Shown here: positions 26,405-38,350 of the stretch, in pieces
Layout: each line of letters begins with the position of its first letter
Position numbering within the stretch: position 1 is the first letter of the stretch
Source: Octopus sinensis
Lineage: Eukaryota
DNA: 64,000 nt
Direction of reading: 5' to 3'
Assembly (NCBI RefSeq): GCF_006345805.1
Contig: NC_043002.1
Coordinates: 70,804,001-70,868,000, forward strand
Program-made: the position numbers and the translations under genes
Notes under the pieces: generated by a model
Told to the model about the DNA's origin: nothing
The model's input: the letters and a program-made list of their open reading frames with translations, nothing else
Database searches by the model: none

Positions 26405-27560
26405 CTGACCGTCAATATCTCTTATGTCTATCTCCTATGTTCCTGCCCCAAGACTTTTACTCTATATGCACCAGCTCAGTTTGATTCGTCTTTATCAGTC
26501 GAAGGACACCTGTTGTTTGTATTTGTAATTGTGTGACATGTTCTCTTTTTTGCTTTTGTTGTCGTTCACATTTGCTTGCATTCTTACAAAAAGTTTAATG
26601 CACTTAGCTTAGACTTTTTGGAAGCAACCAGATTCAAACATTCACAAGTGTAGATGCCCGAAACTGTAAGGACCATCTAGTAACATGACTGACGAAAGAA
26701 GGCACCGAATGACTCGTCCTTTTTTTCTTGTCGATCTATATGTTTTTCCTGCCCGCCTTTGTACCGTCAATCTGTCTGGATGTTTCATTGTCCTCTCTTG
26801 CGTTTTCGTTCCATTTTTATATGTATATATACATATAGCGTCGTACGTACAATTTTGCTCACCTTGAAATAAAGTATGTATCAAACTTCTGTACGATTCC
26901 TTTACTCTGTCTTTTCATTCTCCTCATAAATTCTTTGCTTTTTTTTTCTCATTCCCCCCTCTCACATTTCTTGGCCCACTCTTTCTTATTTCCTACTTTT
27001 CCTCATCGTTTATCTCCCTTGTACCTTTCTCTTTTTCTTCTGTCTTTCCCGTTCCTCGTGTAATCCTTCACTCCCTCTGCCCCTACCTCTCTCTGCTCCT
27101 TCCACGTGATCAGTGTTCGGCCAGCCATGATCTTTCGTTCTTGGCTTAAACGCCGACCGCCATCATACCATATGTCCACCTCCTATGTTCCTGCCGCAAG
27201 GCGTTCAATCTATACACGCCGAGTCAATCTGATTGGTCCTCATTAGTCGAAAGACACCCGCTGTTATATTCTTGTTGTTTGTATTTGTAATTGTGTAACA
27301 TGTTCCCCGTTTCTTTTTTTTTTGTCATTGTTGTCGTACACATTCGCTTGCTTACTTATAAAAAATCTAATGCTCTTAACTTTGACTTTTTGAGGGCAAC
27401 CAGACTCGAACAATCTCATGTGTAACTGCCCGAAACTGTAAGGACCATCTGAAAACTTGACTGATGAAAGAAGGCCTGTCCCTCTATTTGTTGTTTTTCC
27501 TATCCGTCTTTTGTATCGTCTATCTGTCCGGATGTTTTAATGTCCTCTATTACGATTTGT
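26405..27560 (+). repeat. Pair of ~370-400-bp direct repeats (period ~750 bp) flanking a pyrimidine-rich spacer
   Basis: Shared blocks: tcctatgttcctgcc (26433/27181), gttgtttgtatttgtaattgtgt, tgcccgaaactgtaaggaccatct (26655/27427), tgactga(c/t)gaaagaaggc and ggatgttt.a.tgtcctct. Confidence 0.9.
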
Positions 27561-27563
27561 TCC

Positions 27564-27648
<85 letters not shown>

Positions 27649-28239
27649 GTGTGTAAACTTACTGTTAACAAGAATCGGGAGGCGCCGTGGTGTTCAGTTA
27701 TTCCATAAAGGAAAAATCCATTAAATACTACAAAACATATCTGATTAGTCACCGGAACCGATGAATTACAGGACTCAAAAGAAATGTAGTAGATTATATT
27801 TTAATGCATTATAGCTGAAGGGCTCCGATTCACGTTTCAGATCTTTCTTATCGTAAACTGGTAAATGGAAATGGATTTTCGACTGTATATTCATGTGCGA
27901 ATAATTTTTTGAAATATGCAGTGAAAAGTTGAAGAAAACGTTTATCATGATGTCCTTTCATTTACAAACGCTTGTTGATGGCACGCGCGAAATACGGCAG
28001 TTTCATGCTTACGCTTTTGATTTTATTTCTGGTTCTCGTGTTAATCTTATAAAAAAATCATAGACTCCTCACAGCAGAAGTCATGAAATTGCGCTGCTGT
28101 GTTAACAATGTTCCAAAATAATACTTTTAAATAATACGTTTAAGAAATGTTTTGAAAAACAGTGAGTGTATATGCGGATGATCATCCTGCAAGCGTCTGT
28201 GCAGACACATATGTAAGTGTGTGTATATATATTCATGAA

Positions 28240-29000
28240 AATATAGACATCATTAAAATAATATTAATATCCACCAAGAATAAAGCAAAATATAGTTAAA
28301 AGTATAAATATATAAACCAGGTGTACACGAAGTACGTTCATTGCTAGAAATAGCAGCCGGTATTTTTTCGGCGCTATGTAGAGCTTCACTGCATATTTAC
28401 AGGCAGAGATGTGTGCGGGCGGTGAATATAGGAAAATTCTGTCTTACCTCTACGGAGACCGTTAGAGGAATAAAGGATAAAGCTATACTGCAATTTCAAG
28501 TTCCTCAAATCTCTTGCGTGAGCGCGAATATGATCAGTTACTGTCAGCTGAGTCTACCATGAACTAGCAATTTTTAAAATATCCAATACATCTCTGCCTG
28601 CTTACTCGGCTGATAACCAGAACCGGTCATAACCAGAACCAAGATCAGTCAAAAAATATAAATGAAAATTTAAATATATTAAAATAATATTTCGCTTTTT
28701 GTATTTGGGTTGTAAGATTCTTTATGCGAATTCGTGTGATGAAGCATATTTTATTGTGTCTGAGAAGAGTCATTCTCTTTTAATGCCTTCAACTAAATGA
28801 GAAGAATTCGAGCCAATGAGTAGTAAGGCAGTAAAAGAGAATGACTCACCGCAGACACAATAAACTAATATTGATATCCAAGAATAAATCACTATATGCG
28901 TAGAATTATAAATATATAAAATAGATGTACACGGAGTACGATCATTGCTAGAAATAGCAGCCGGAATTTTTTTGGTTCTATGTAAAACTTCACTGAATAT
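28240..29000 (+). repeat. Two diverged direct copies of a ~170-bp repeat
   Basis: tgtacacg.agtacg.tcattgctagaaatagcagccgg.attttt at ~28320-28370 and ~28925-28975. The gaaatagcagcc core also occurs at ~44605. Confidence 0.8.
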
Positions 29001-29282
29001 ATACACATGTACACTCTCAGACACACATATATGCACAGATTTATTCACGTTCACATATATACAGACGTGTAATCATATACACATATTCTTAAATGCATAT
29101 AATCACTTATAGACACGCACAAACGCATATTGAATCTGATATTAGTAAAACCTATCGATTAAGCTTTTCGAAAACCAACAATTTTTCTTCACCAAACCAG
29201 AACAGAATTAACGGAGCGTTGTATTTATATAAAAGATACTTAGCTTCATGCATAGAACTCGTTAAAAGCTCATTTTGTTGGT

Positions 29283-29830
29283 TCAAAGTATTGGTGAATT
29301 GAGTAAATTTCTCAGCAATTCGCTCGAACAAATGCCACAACAGATCTTTGTTCTGAAGGTCCTGATATTGTAAGGTTGTGCATATACTAATTTCTCTTGT
29401 GGTTCATGGTATGGTCTGAAGGTATTATTATGCAGTTTTAACGTTGCGTCAAGAAAATTAACGGGAATAATTTTTGTATCTATGGTAATACTAAGTAATA
29501 TTTCCTGAAATACTTTAGTCAAATTTTTCCTAAATTTTTCTGCCTTATGACCGTTCCATTTTCTCGGTTGAATGAGGCCATCATGACGATATAAACCGCA
29601 GTCCATTTCAAGAAATGCTGCTCTTAATAAATGTGGAATATACAGCCCCATAATGTCACTCACGATGGGCTTCAAATCCTTCCTCGGACACGTAAAATAA
29701 TTCGCTTTTCCTAAATCCTTCAAATCCTTCCTTGGACACTTTCGCCTTTTCTAAATCCTTCAAATCCTTCCTTGGGCACGTAAAATAATTCGCTTTTCCT
29801 AACCCAAGTATCGTTATCGAAAACCAAGAT
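29283..29830 (-). mobile_element. Penelope-like element reverse-transcriptase remnant
   Basis: GLYRHDGL (degenerate YRDDG), NGHKAEKFRKNLTKVF, VNFLDATLKL, FRPYHEP follow the PLE RT domain 5-7 pattern. Short internal tandem duplications at 29670-29800. Confidence 0.8.
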
Positions 29831-30153
29831 TTCTTGAGTGCGTAATTTCGAAGTGGAACAACAGAATGATTGCATTACAGGATTAATTCTCGCCCGTCCT
29901 TAACTTCTAATCAAAAACCCCCGGAGCATATAGTCATTATCGACATATTATAGTCATGTTATTTAGCAGCATCTAGTTTTGGGCCGCAGTAACCAGCACA
30001 AATATTCGCACGGAGTGCGGCTTTTAAGCTAGTCACTAATTTCAGTGATTGATTTTGCAAAATCTATAGCAAGTCTAGATTTCTACAACGCTACAAATAA
30101 ATATATGCAATCTGACTGACCTGCCGATCATATATATATGTATATATATATAT

Positions 30154-30328
30154 ATTATATCGAGGGCATTATTCCACATAAATGCCACACGCTAGGAGGG
30201 ACTTTTAAAGTCATAACTACCAAAATCAAACAAATCGAATGTTACGATTACTTTATTTTTGGTATTTATGACTTTAAAAGTCCCTCCTAGCGTGTGGCAT
30301 TTATGTGTAATAATGCCCTCTATATAAT
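30154..30328. repeat. Near-perfect 175-bp palindrome (foldback/MITE-like)
   Basis: 65-bp arms GAGGGCATTATT...CCAAAAT with 2 mismatches, plus further pairing toward a short loop; TA-rich ends. Confidence 0.93.
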
Positions 30329-30431
30329 ATAAATAAATATTTTCAAGTGAAAAAATTTACAGATTTTTTCTCTTATGAGGTTTTTCACGCTAACTACCTG
30401 ATAATTTCTTATTAAGATTTTATCCTATTTT

Positions 30432-30519
<88 letters not shown>

Positions 30520-30539
30520 TTATATATATATGTATATGG

Positions 30540-31054
30540 AACAACTTTTTCCACTATAACATGGCTGTTCTATATAAAACGATTTTTCCAGCTGGTTAAC
30601 GGCCGACAACCTGTGTTCGATATATTGTGAGTAAGAAACCGAAGCACGCCCCTCCAGCTTCGCAAGACCAGTAGACCATGTTTTCTAGGTCTTTGCTGTC
30701 ATAATTATTGAATACCTGCCTGATAAACATGGCAGTCAATCGTCCCTAGTCATAATATATAAACAGAGAAGCGGCAGAGAGCTACTGATATCGCAACCAG
30801 CAAAGAGCTACAAGGGGGTAACATTTTTGCCACAATAAAATCGTTGTTTTATACAAAACTATGTTACTCTATTTTAACCTCAGGAAAACATCAGAAACCA
30901 TCGTCTACAGGTCTTGCAAAATCGTATTCACTCTGTATCGTATACAGATTGTGTATCGTTAACCAGCTGGAAAAGACGTTTTCCTGGGGTAAAAATGTAA
31001 CACACTTCTGTATAGAACAGCCATGCTATAGTGGCAAAAAAATGTTACACTCTA
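30540..31054. mobile_element. MITE-like element with terminal inverted repeats
   Basis: Left ttttccactataacatggctgttctata...ccagctggttaacg; right cgttaaccagctgg...tatagaacagccatgctatagtggcaaaaaa. Confidence 0.75.
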
Positions 31055-31549
31055 GTATTGTTAGTACTTATATCTCGTTTAGAGATTTTAGAACTAGCTA
31101 CTTTTATATAAAGTAACAAGCTGATGAAAAGAAATCCTTCAATGGAGTGGGGTATTATAGGATTGTCAATAGTATATCTCTATATTTAATTTATCTTTAA
31201 ATATATATATATATTGTTTTTATTGCCGAGTGTAAGTGCGCCTGCGCGTGGATTTTGAAAAATTATAACATATAATGACGGGGCACGTGTTATCTGAATT
31301 ATGAGTTAGTTATTAAGGCCGGTTACTGACGAGAATTCCCCTGGCGGATAATATTGTTTTACTAAATTACCTATTAAAGGATGGTAAATAATCTTATTTG
31401 CGAAAGAATTAACAAGATAAAAGTTTTTATTTTTCATTTACTTCGAAAGTACTTCGAAAATTACCTTTTAAAGGGAGGGTAGTTTTCTTTTGTGTTTATT
31501 TGTACACTATTCTAAAATATGTATATGTATATATGTATATATGTATATG

Positions 31550-31636
<87 letters not shown>

Positions 31637-31653
31637 TATATATGTATATATAT

Positions 31654-32390
31654 GAAATCGTCAACCGTCTTGCAAATGCAACCAACACATTTGGCAAACT
31701 TGTCATCGCCTATGAAATGAAAGGAGCATGAAACTTGACACTAAAGTACAGGTCTATATAGTAGCCCTTCCTGCTACTCTTCGAATGGTGGATACGCTAT
31801 AAGTGACACATTATCCAACTACTCGATACTTCCACAAAGACTCTCTGAGGATAATCTGCAGTCATTCACTAAAAGACACAGTTTCTAATTCCGACTTGTT
31901 TAGCAAGTGTAAGATTGCTGGAATTGAGAGCTTCCTTATGCAATCACAAATGTGCTGGGCTGGGCCATGTCGCTAGAATGAGCGACGAAAGAATACCTAA
32001 AGTTGTCCTCTACAGCCAGCTTGAGAGTGGACATGGAAATGTTGGTCGACCACGGTTCAGATATAAGGACAAGCTGAAGAGTTGAAGAGAAACCACTAAG
32101 TGTTCACAACACCTTTGATCAAACAGCCTTGGTACGACGAAAATGGACATCGTTGTGTCATGAGATTATTAAACATTTTGTTGCAACCGGTATTAATAGG
32201 CAAAGAAGAAAAGCGGCTGCAAATATACCACCTACAATGACCTAAAATCCTCAAATTTGCAACATTTGTAGCTTTCTTTGCAAATCGTTGGCGGGACATA
32301 AATGTCACATTCAACTGACAAAGAAAGAGTACGTTGTTGGAGCCTTATACGTCGAAATCGACAGGAGAGTCCATCAGACACACACACAAA
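31654..32390 (+). mobile_element. 5'-truncated RTE-clade LINE 3' end, degenerate
   Basis: [16 protein letters not shown]...GHVARMSDERIPKVVLYSQLESGHGNVGRPRFRYKDKLK, then C-terminal CNICSFLCKSLAGHKCH. Ends in a (CA)n tail. Confidence 0.85.
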
Positions 32391-32408
32391 CAAACAAACA
32401 CACGCACA

Positions 32409-32449
<41 letters not shown>

Positions 32450-32451
32450 AC

Positions 32452-32497
<46 letters not shown>

Positions 32498-34195
32498 GCA
32501 AATAATCGGAAAATGGAGACAACCTCTATCTTATATGCTTACTTTACCCTCTAGCAACTTTTATAACATGGATGTATTTGTCGGTACTTGCTGGATTTTG
32601 GACTCAATTCGCTAACTTCCTGTTCTTTCCTCCATTCACTGTCCTTCCTACACTTTAAATGGAAATTAAAAGCCTTGCATATTTGGGAACAATATTACCC
32701 CATATATGTTTTATTCATCTTATTTAATTTTATTTATATCCTATTTTATTATATGTTATTTTTTCTTTATTTTACTGAACTCTATGTCCACCGTCTCCAC
32801 CATACATTTTATGTGTGTGCTTGTTTTTGGTACTATGTTAGTTCAACTTATCAGGTGATATTTGTAAAAAATTGATTTACTATATAGAAAAATGTAAGTG
32901 TTGCCTGTTGATTGAAATTGTATGCCTGCACCCACTTAGAGTTAATATATTTTAGATTATGTTTTTTCTTAATTATTAGATTTAATGATAGGAACAATCT
33001 AATTTTAGGGTAATGTAATATAAGCACAGCCTGTTTTTGTAATAGCAGTTTCTGCACCTACTTTAAGTTGATGTACCTTTAGTTTATAATTTTTAATTAT
33101 TAAATTTAATTAGTATTAACATGCTAATTTTAGGGTAATTGTAATTGCTTTTTAAGTATGTTTAGTAAATCGTTTGAATTAAGGAAACATTACTCATAGT
33201 ACTAATATGCCAATGGAGCCAGTATTAACTCTACCCATATAGTACCAATATATTCTTTTAAATTGTTTATATAATGATAGGAACTATCTAACTTTAATGA
33301 TTATGCAATGGTTATTAAGCATATTTAGTATTTGTGGTAAGTTGTGTGTTTTATTAATTGATAATAATTAAAATGTGAGTTGGTCTTAAATATTAACCGC
33401 CTAATTGTAAGTGGCTTTATAATTGAGCACTGTAGTGTACGTATAAGATGGATTTTTCTTGCGTACCTGTATATATCTAATTAGTACCATAATTTTCTAT
33501 ATATGAGTTTAAATCCAACTTCATTTCCTAGCTGCCGTACCTGTACTAGTTGCCTCCCCTTAATAATAACCCGAGGTTACTTACACTTTGACCTTTCTCT
33601 CATGCATGTTATAACGTTAAACAGGTGAAGGACACTAGCAGCCCCACACCACTTATATAATTGTCTTCTACCCCGGACCCTTTATTGTTTCTTATTTATT
33701 TTTATTGACACATCCATTGTAACCGTTTTAACTTGTGACCTCGGTTCAAATTATAACTGACCAATCGTAGAGACCGCTGCACTCGGAGTTGCCTCATTGT
33801 GGACCATAGGTGGGATTCTCAGTAATATGTCTGTGAGTACACTTTCTTAAGCACCATGCGGTAATGATTTGGATTCATTTTAACCTGAGTTTACTTCGTT
33901 AATATATGTACTGCCCTTTGATAATGATGTTAGTAAGTTTCCTTGTATTATTCTTTGGTAACTTCTGTTCATTATCTTTAAAACGTTTGACCCCCACCCA
34001 CTTAAATCTGAGACTACCTGATAATAGATTTTAGTATTCCCTAGACCATTACTAGTTCACTCTTTTACCTACGGACTTCAAAGCTCTGAGATGGTAGATT
34101 ATATGCTTTCAATATATTGGGCTTCTACACATTTTTCTAGGCCATGTTTTCTTTCCTATTCCTTCCTCCCTTTGTTTATTTGGGATGCGCCTGTG

Positions 34196-34310
34196 TTTTT
34201 ACTCTGATGAAGCTCCGTGCCTTAATTCCAATGAAGATGAAGAATTTCATTTTTGCAATTATTTATAGACAGCGTTTGGTAACGGATGCAGAAACGGCCG
34301 TAAGATTTGT
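34196..34310 (+). ncRNA. Type I minimal hammerhead-ribozyme candidate with palindromic stem III
   Basis: CTGATGA at 34204-34210; stem II GCTCCGT (34212-18) with ACGGATGC (34282-89); GAAA at 34291-94; palindrome ACGGCCGT at 34294-34301; GTA triplet; 2-bp stem I CT/AG. Confidence 0.55.
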
Positions 34311-34599
34311 TACGCCACTTAATTGTTATGTCATGCTTTGTATTAAAAAATAATCTATAAACGTGGTCCAATCTATGTGTTTTGTTTATCTGAGGTTTTC
34401 TCCGTTTCTGATTATATGTATTTGTTTCCTGATAATCTCTTGATTATCCTGTTGTTACCTGCACTCTACGTGCATAGTGTGCCTGCACTCCAATGCCCTG
34501 TGATCACGAGAAGCAGATACGCATAGTACATACATATATTTTATCCCTTAGTCGGTTATTATAGCCGCTAACTTTCTTTACACCATATATATATATATA

Positions 34600-34922
34600 T
34601 ATATCATCGTGACCGTGATCACCGTGACCGACCAGGCTATCAGATGGTGTTACACATCGCTGGTCACAATGCGCTTCACATTGTTTTAGCCTTGAAATAA
34701 CGCCAGCTAAGCGCAGGCTAAGCGAGCAGGCCGACAGAAGAAAGAGTGAGAGAAAGTTGTGGCGAAAGAGTACAGCAGGGATCGCCACCCCCCTGCCGGA
34801 GCCTCGTGGAGTTTTAGGTGTTTTCGCTCAATAAACACTCACAACGCCCGGTCTGGGAATCGAAACCGCGATCCTACGACCGCGAGTCCGCTGCCATAAC
34901 CACTAGGCCATTGCGCCTCCAC
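34600..34922 (-). mobile_element. tRNA-derived SINE, full length
   Basis: Reverse-complement head gtggaggcgcaatggcctagtggtt...ggtttcgattccc. Body shared with 7252-7440, tail shared with 24570-24690. Confidence 0.9.
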
Positions 34923-34930
34923 ACACACAG

Positions 34931-34963
<33 letters not shown>

Positions 34964-35066
34964 CATATATATGTATGTATATATGTATGTACGTACGTAT
35001 GTATGTATATATGTTTTATATATATATATATACATACATACATACATACATACATACATACATACA

Positions 35067-35100
<34 letters not shown>

Positions 35101-35479
35101 CATACATAGCGATCGGTCCGATGTAGCTTATTGGATTTCTGTTTACTCTGAAGATTTTGACAGGATGTTAAAGTCCTTGAACCTATTTACACAGTGAAGG
35201 TTTTTCATTATATGTTTCGGAATAGTTTTGTATTGGGATCTGCATGATTACAGAACCCCTTTCCACTGCCAGTGTTCTTTGATAGATATGTCAGTTTACT
35301 TGAAATTCTTCTGATGGATCACGTAGCATATTTTGTGTACAACTACTGCTGTATGAGTTAGAGTCCCACGTAGATACTCTTTATCCAGCCAGCTTCCAGT
35401 ATAGTGGTTAGACTACAACTGTGCTTAGCTTTATTACTAGTTGTGATATCTTTAGATTATATGTGGTGGAAAATTAATG

Positions 35480-35680
35480 TTGACACAAATACAAATTTCT
35501 AGTGCCTACGTACGTTTCACCATTATAATTATTTGGATATTAGATCCCAGTACCAAGAATGCAATAAAGTGTTTCCTTAATGATCCATTGTGGCGAGGCA
35601 TCGAAATACACATAAAACATCCCAAAATAACTGCAACGATGAAACGTACGTAACAACCGATGATTTATACTTGTGTTTAT
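35480..35680. repeat. Imperfect inverted repeat whose arms each carry GAAACGTACGTA
   Basis: tacgtacgtttca at 35508-35520 (minus) and tgaaacgtacgta at 35640-35652 (plus). Similarity extends outward (acacaaatacaaat vs reverse-complement acacaagtataaat). Confidence 0.75.
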
Positions 35681-36477
35681 CTTACCTTTCATTGCATGTA
35701 ATACATCGAAACTTGTTTCTAGCAAAGACACAGGCAATATTGAGAGATAATGAATGTGTCATAACCACAGGAAGGTCATGCTGTCATTGCGTAATTGTGG
35801 ATGCAATGCACGATGATCTGAAAATTAGCAAAATGTGAGAAAATCATGAGTAAATTAATATTTAGAACACAACCAAAGTAATTCCTGCATAATTTTATTT
35901 ATACCAAATGCCAATATCACACTGAATCTTATTATTGCTCTATACCAATATCACTACTATATCTACACATAATGCTGTACATAGTGGAAAATTTTGGTTG
36001 CACGGAATGAGGTATATTAGTGATGGCGTTTGTAAAGAGAGTTAATTATTAACAGATATTTGGTGGGTTGATCAATAATTGCTTTGTGCACGCGCAAAAG
36101 TTATTCAATAGTTTGAAATTATAATATGTGTAGCTGCATGTCAGCCGTAAATGAGAACTATACTTGAAAGTATGTTAACCGTATCCAACTGCTTTTGTTG
36201 CAATGAGTCAGAATGCGATTTTAAACAAGAATGAAAGAAGGCATTGCAACACTTAACAGACGGATGGGAGGTCGTGAATTTTCTGGTTCAAAAACTTCTG
36301 AAGATTTTTGTTTTCTAGTTTTAAGCTACCGTGGAATTAACACATGTGCTTATTGCATTCACTAAGTATGTGTATAAGAGAATAAAATCCTGCTAATTTA
36401 ATAATATAGGGCTATATTTCAAATCTTGCATATCCATATATCCATATAGTGTAATTTTGGGCGCATATAAATGTAGA

Positions 36478-36542
<65 letters not shown>

Positions 36543-36545
<3 letters not shown>

Positions 36546-37048
36546 GGCCGTTCCTTGATTGTGATGTTGAACTTATAAATGGTCTATGACTATTTAATTT
36601 TTTCCCACTAGGCCGCTGGTGGCAAAGAAATTCTACAAAATTTTTTTGCCACCCTATATTGATTAATTATGAATTTTCTGGTTGATTCCGTAATGGAATC
36701 GGCGGCTTATATATATTTGCTGCCGATAAATTTGGCGCGAGTGCGATGATTTGAAAATTTTAGGTCAGATATTGCCGAGGCAGGGACAGAAGTGCCTCGT
36801 GAAAATATCTGTTCCGATCTGGCTATTTCTTACTGACGAATCTAAGGGCCTATGGAAGATTGGCTTGATTTAATTTAATCAGGTTAGTTTACCATTAAAC
36901 AATAGATGAAACGGTGCATCGTATAAGAAATTACAGGGTAAATGTTTTTTAAATTTTCTCCTGGTTTGCGGAATTAATGTTATTTTGCGGTTGAAGCTTT
37001 GGCTGTTATTTCTAGTGGTGAATGGCCTATTATGGCCGTTCCTTGATT

Positions 37049-37053
<5 letters not shown>
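36543..37053. mobile_element. ~490-bp unit with 23-bp terminal direct repeats, between two (TA)n tracts
   Basis: tatggccgttccttgattgtgat at 36543-36565 and 37031-37053. Confidence 0.6.
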
Positions 37054-37112
<59 letters not shown>

Positions 37113-37172
37113 TATGCATATATATGTGTGTGTATTTATATACGTATATATGCGTGTATATATATATATATA

Positions 37173-37238
<66 letters not shown>

Positions 37239-38059
37239 TATATGTATATATAGGCATATCTAGTCAATACGTATCATTCAGTGAAATGCCCTAGATACAT
37301 TGAGATGTAATGAAAGCAAATGGTAAAAATATAAATAGTGAATATCAATCTAGATCTGTGGAGCATATTTATTCAGTTAAAATGTTATGCATGTATTCTA
37401 AAGGGCACCAATTAGATATACGGATACACCAATTGATTTAAAAGCATTTTTTGCTAAATTGATGTCGCATTAATTGATCTAAGTGAATCAGTAAGTTTGT
37501 ATGTTAAACAAATTGAAAAGATTGTTTGCAGCTTTTCCTCTAGTTTTTATCAGTATAGCCTTTAGAGGTTTCCAATTTGCAAGCTAAGCACATTAGCCAC
37601 GAATTGTAATTTAGAGAAATGATGATAAATAGTCTATTTTGTGAAGTAAAGTGTTTTATTGATAAATGAATTATTGTTGTTACGATAAGGATCAAAGGAA
37701 AGGAAAGGTTTTACGATATATTTTCTTTTGTAAATAGAATTACTTTATTAATAAAAGAAATTGTTTCTCTTTTAGAACGGAGTGTTGGAAACGAAATATT
37801 TTAGTGAAGAGAATATTGGAACGTGGGCATAGAGTCCTTTAAGATACAGTTTCTATTTCTAAATATGAAAGAAATCGACACCAAAGAAGCAGTCCGCAGT
37901 GGTGCATAAAGAAATGTAGAGGCAAGCATTTAGAATATGAAGGATAAAATGAAAAACTAATTATATATGTTGAATGTAAGTGCTTTGATAGCAATATCAG
38001 ACGCGGATGAGATGATGGTTGAGTACATACCTGCTGTTTTGGGTGTTAGTAATAAACAC

Positions 38060-38350
38060 TGGATGAGCGTGGCCTAGTGTCTAGAGTATTCGGCTGATGA
38101 TCATAAGGTTTTGAATTCGATTCCCCGCAGCACGTTGTATCTTTGAGAAGGACATATCATTTCACGTTGCTCCAGTGCACTCAGTTGCCAAAAATGAGTA
38201 TGTACCTGTAATTCAAAGGACCAGCCCTGTCACACTCCGCGTCTGGCTTAATCGCCCTGAGAACTATGTGAGGGTCACGCGCGTCTGCGTTTCGTTGATC
38301 GGATCAACTAGAACACTCGTAACCGATGGATTGGTGGTAGTAATAATCAA
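38060..38350 (+). mobile_element. tRNA-derived SINE family C
   Basis: gcgtggcctagtg...ttcgattcccc, central atttcacgttgctccagtgcactcag, and a distinct tail. Confidence 0.8.

Noticed and set aside
31320-31360. CTGACGA hammerhead-like heptamer
   Set aside because: No downstream GAAA or stem III.
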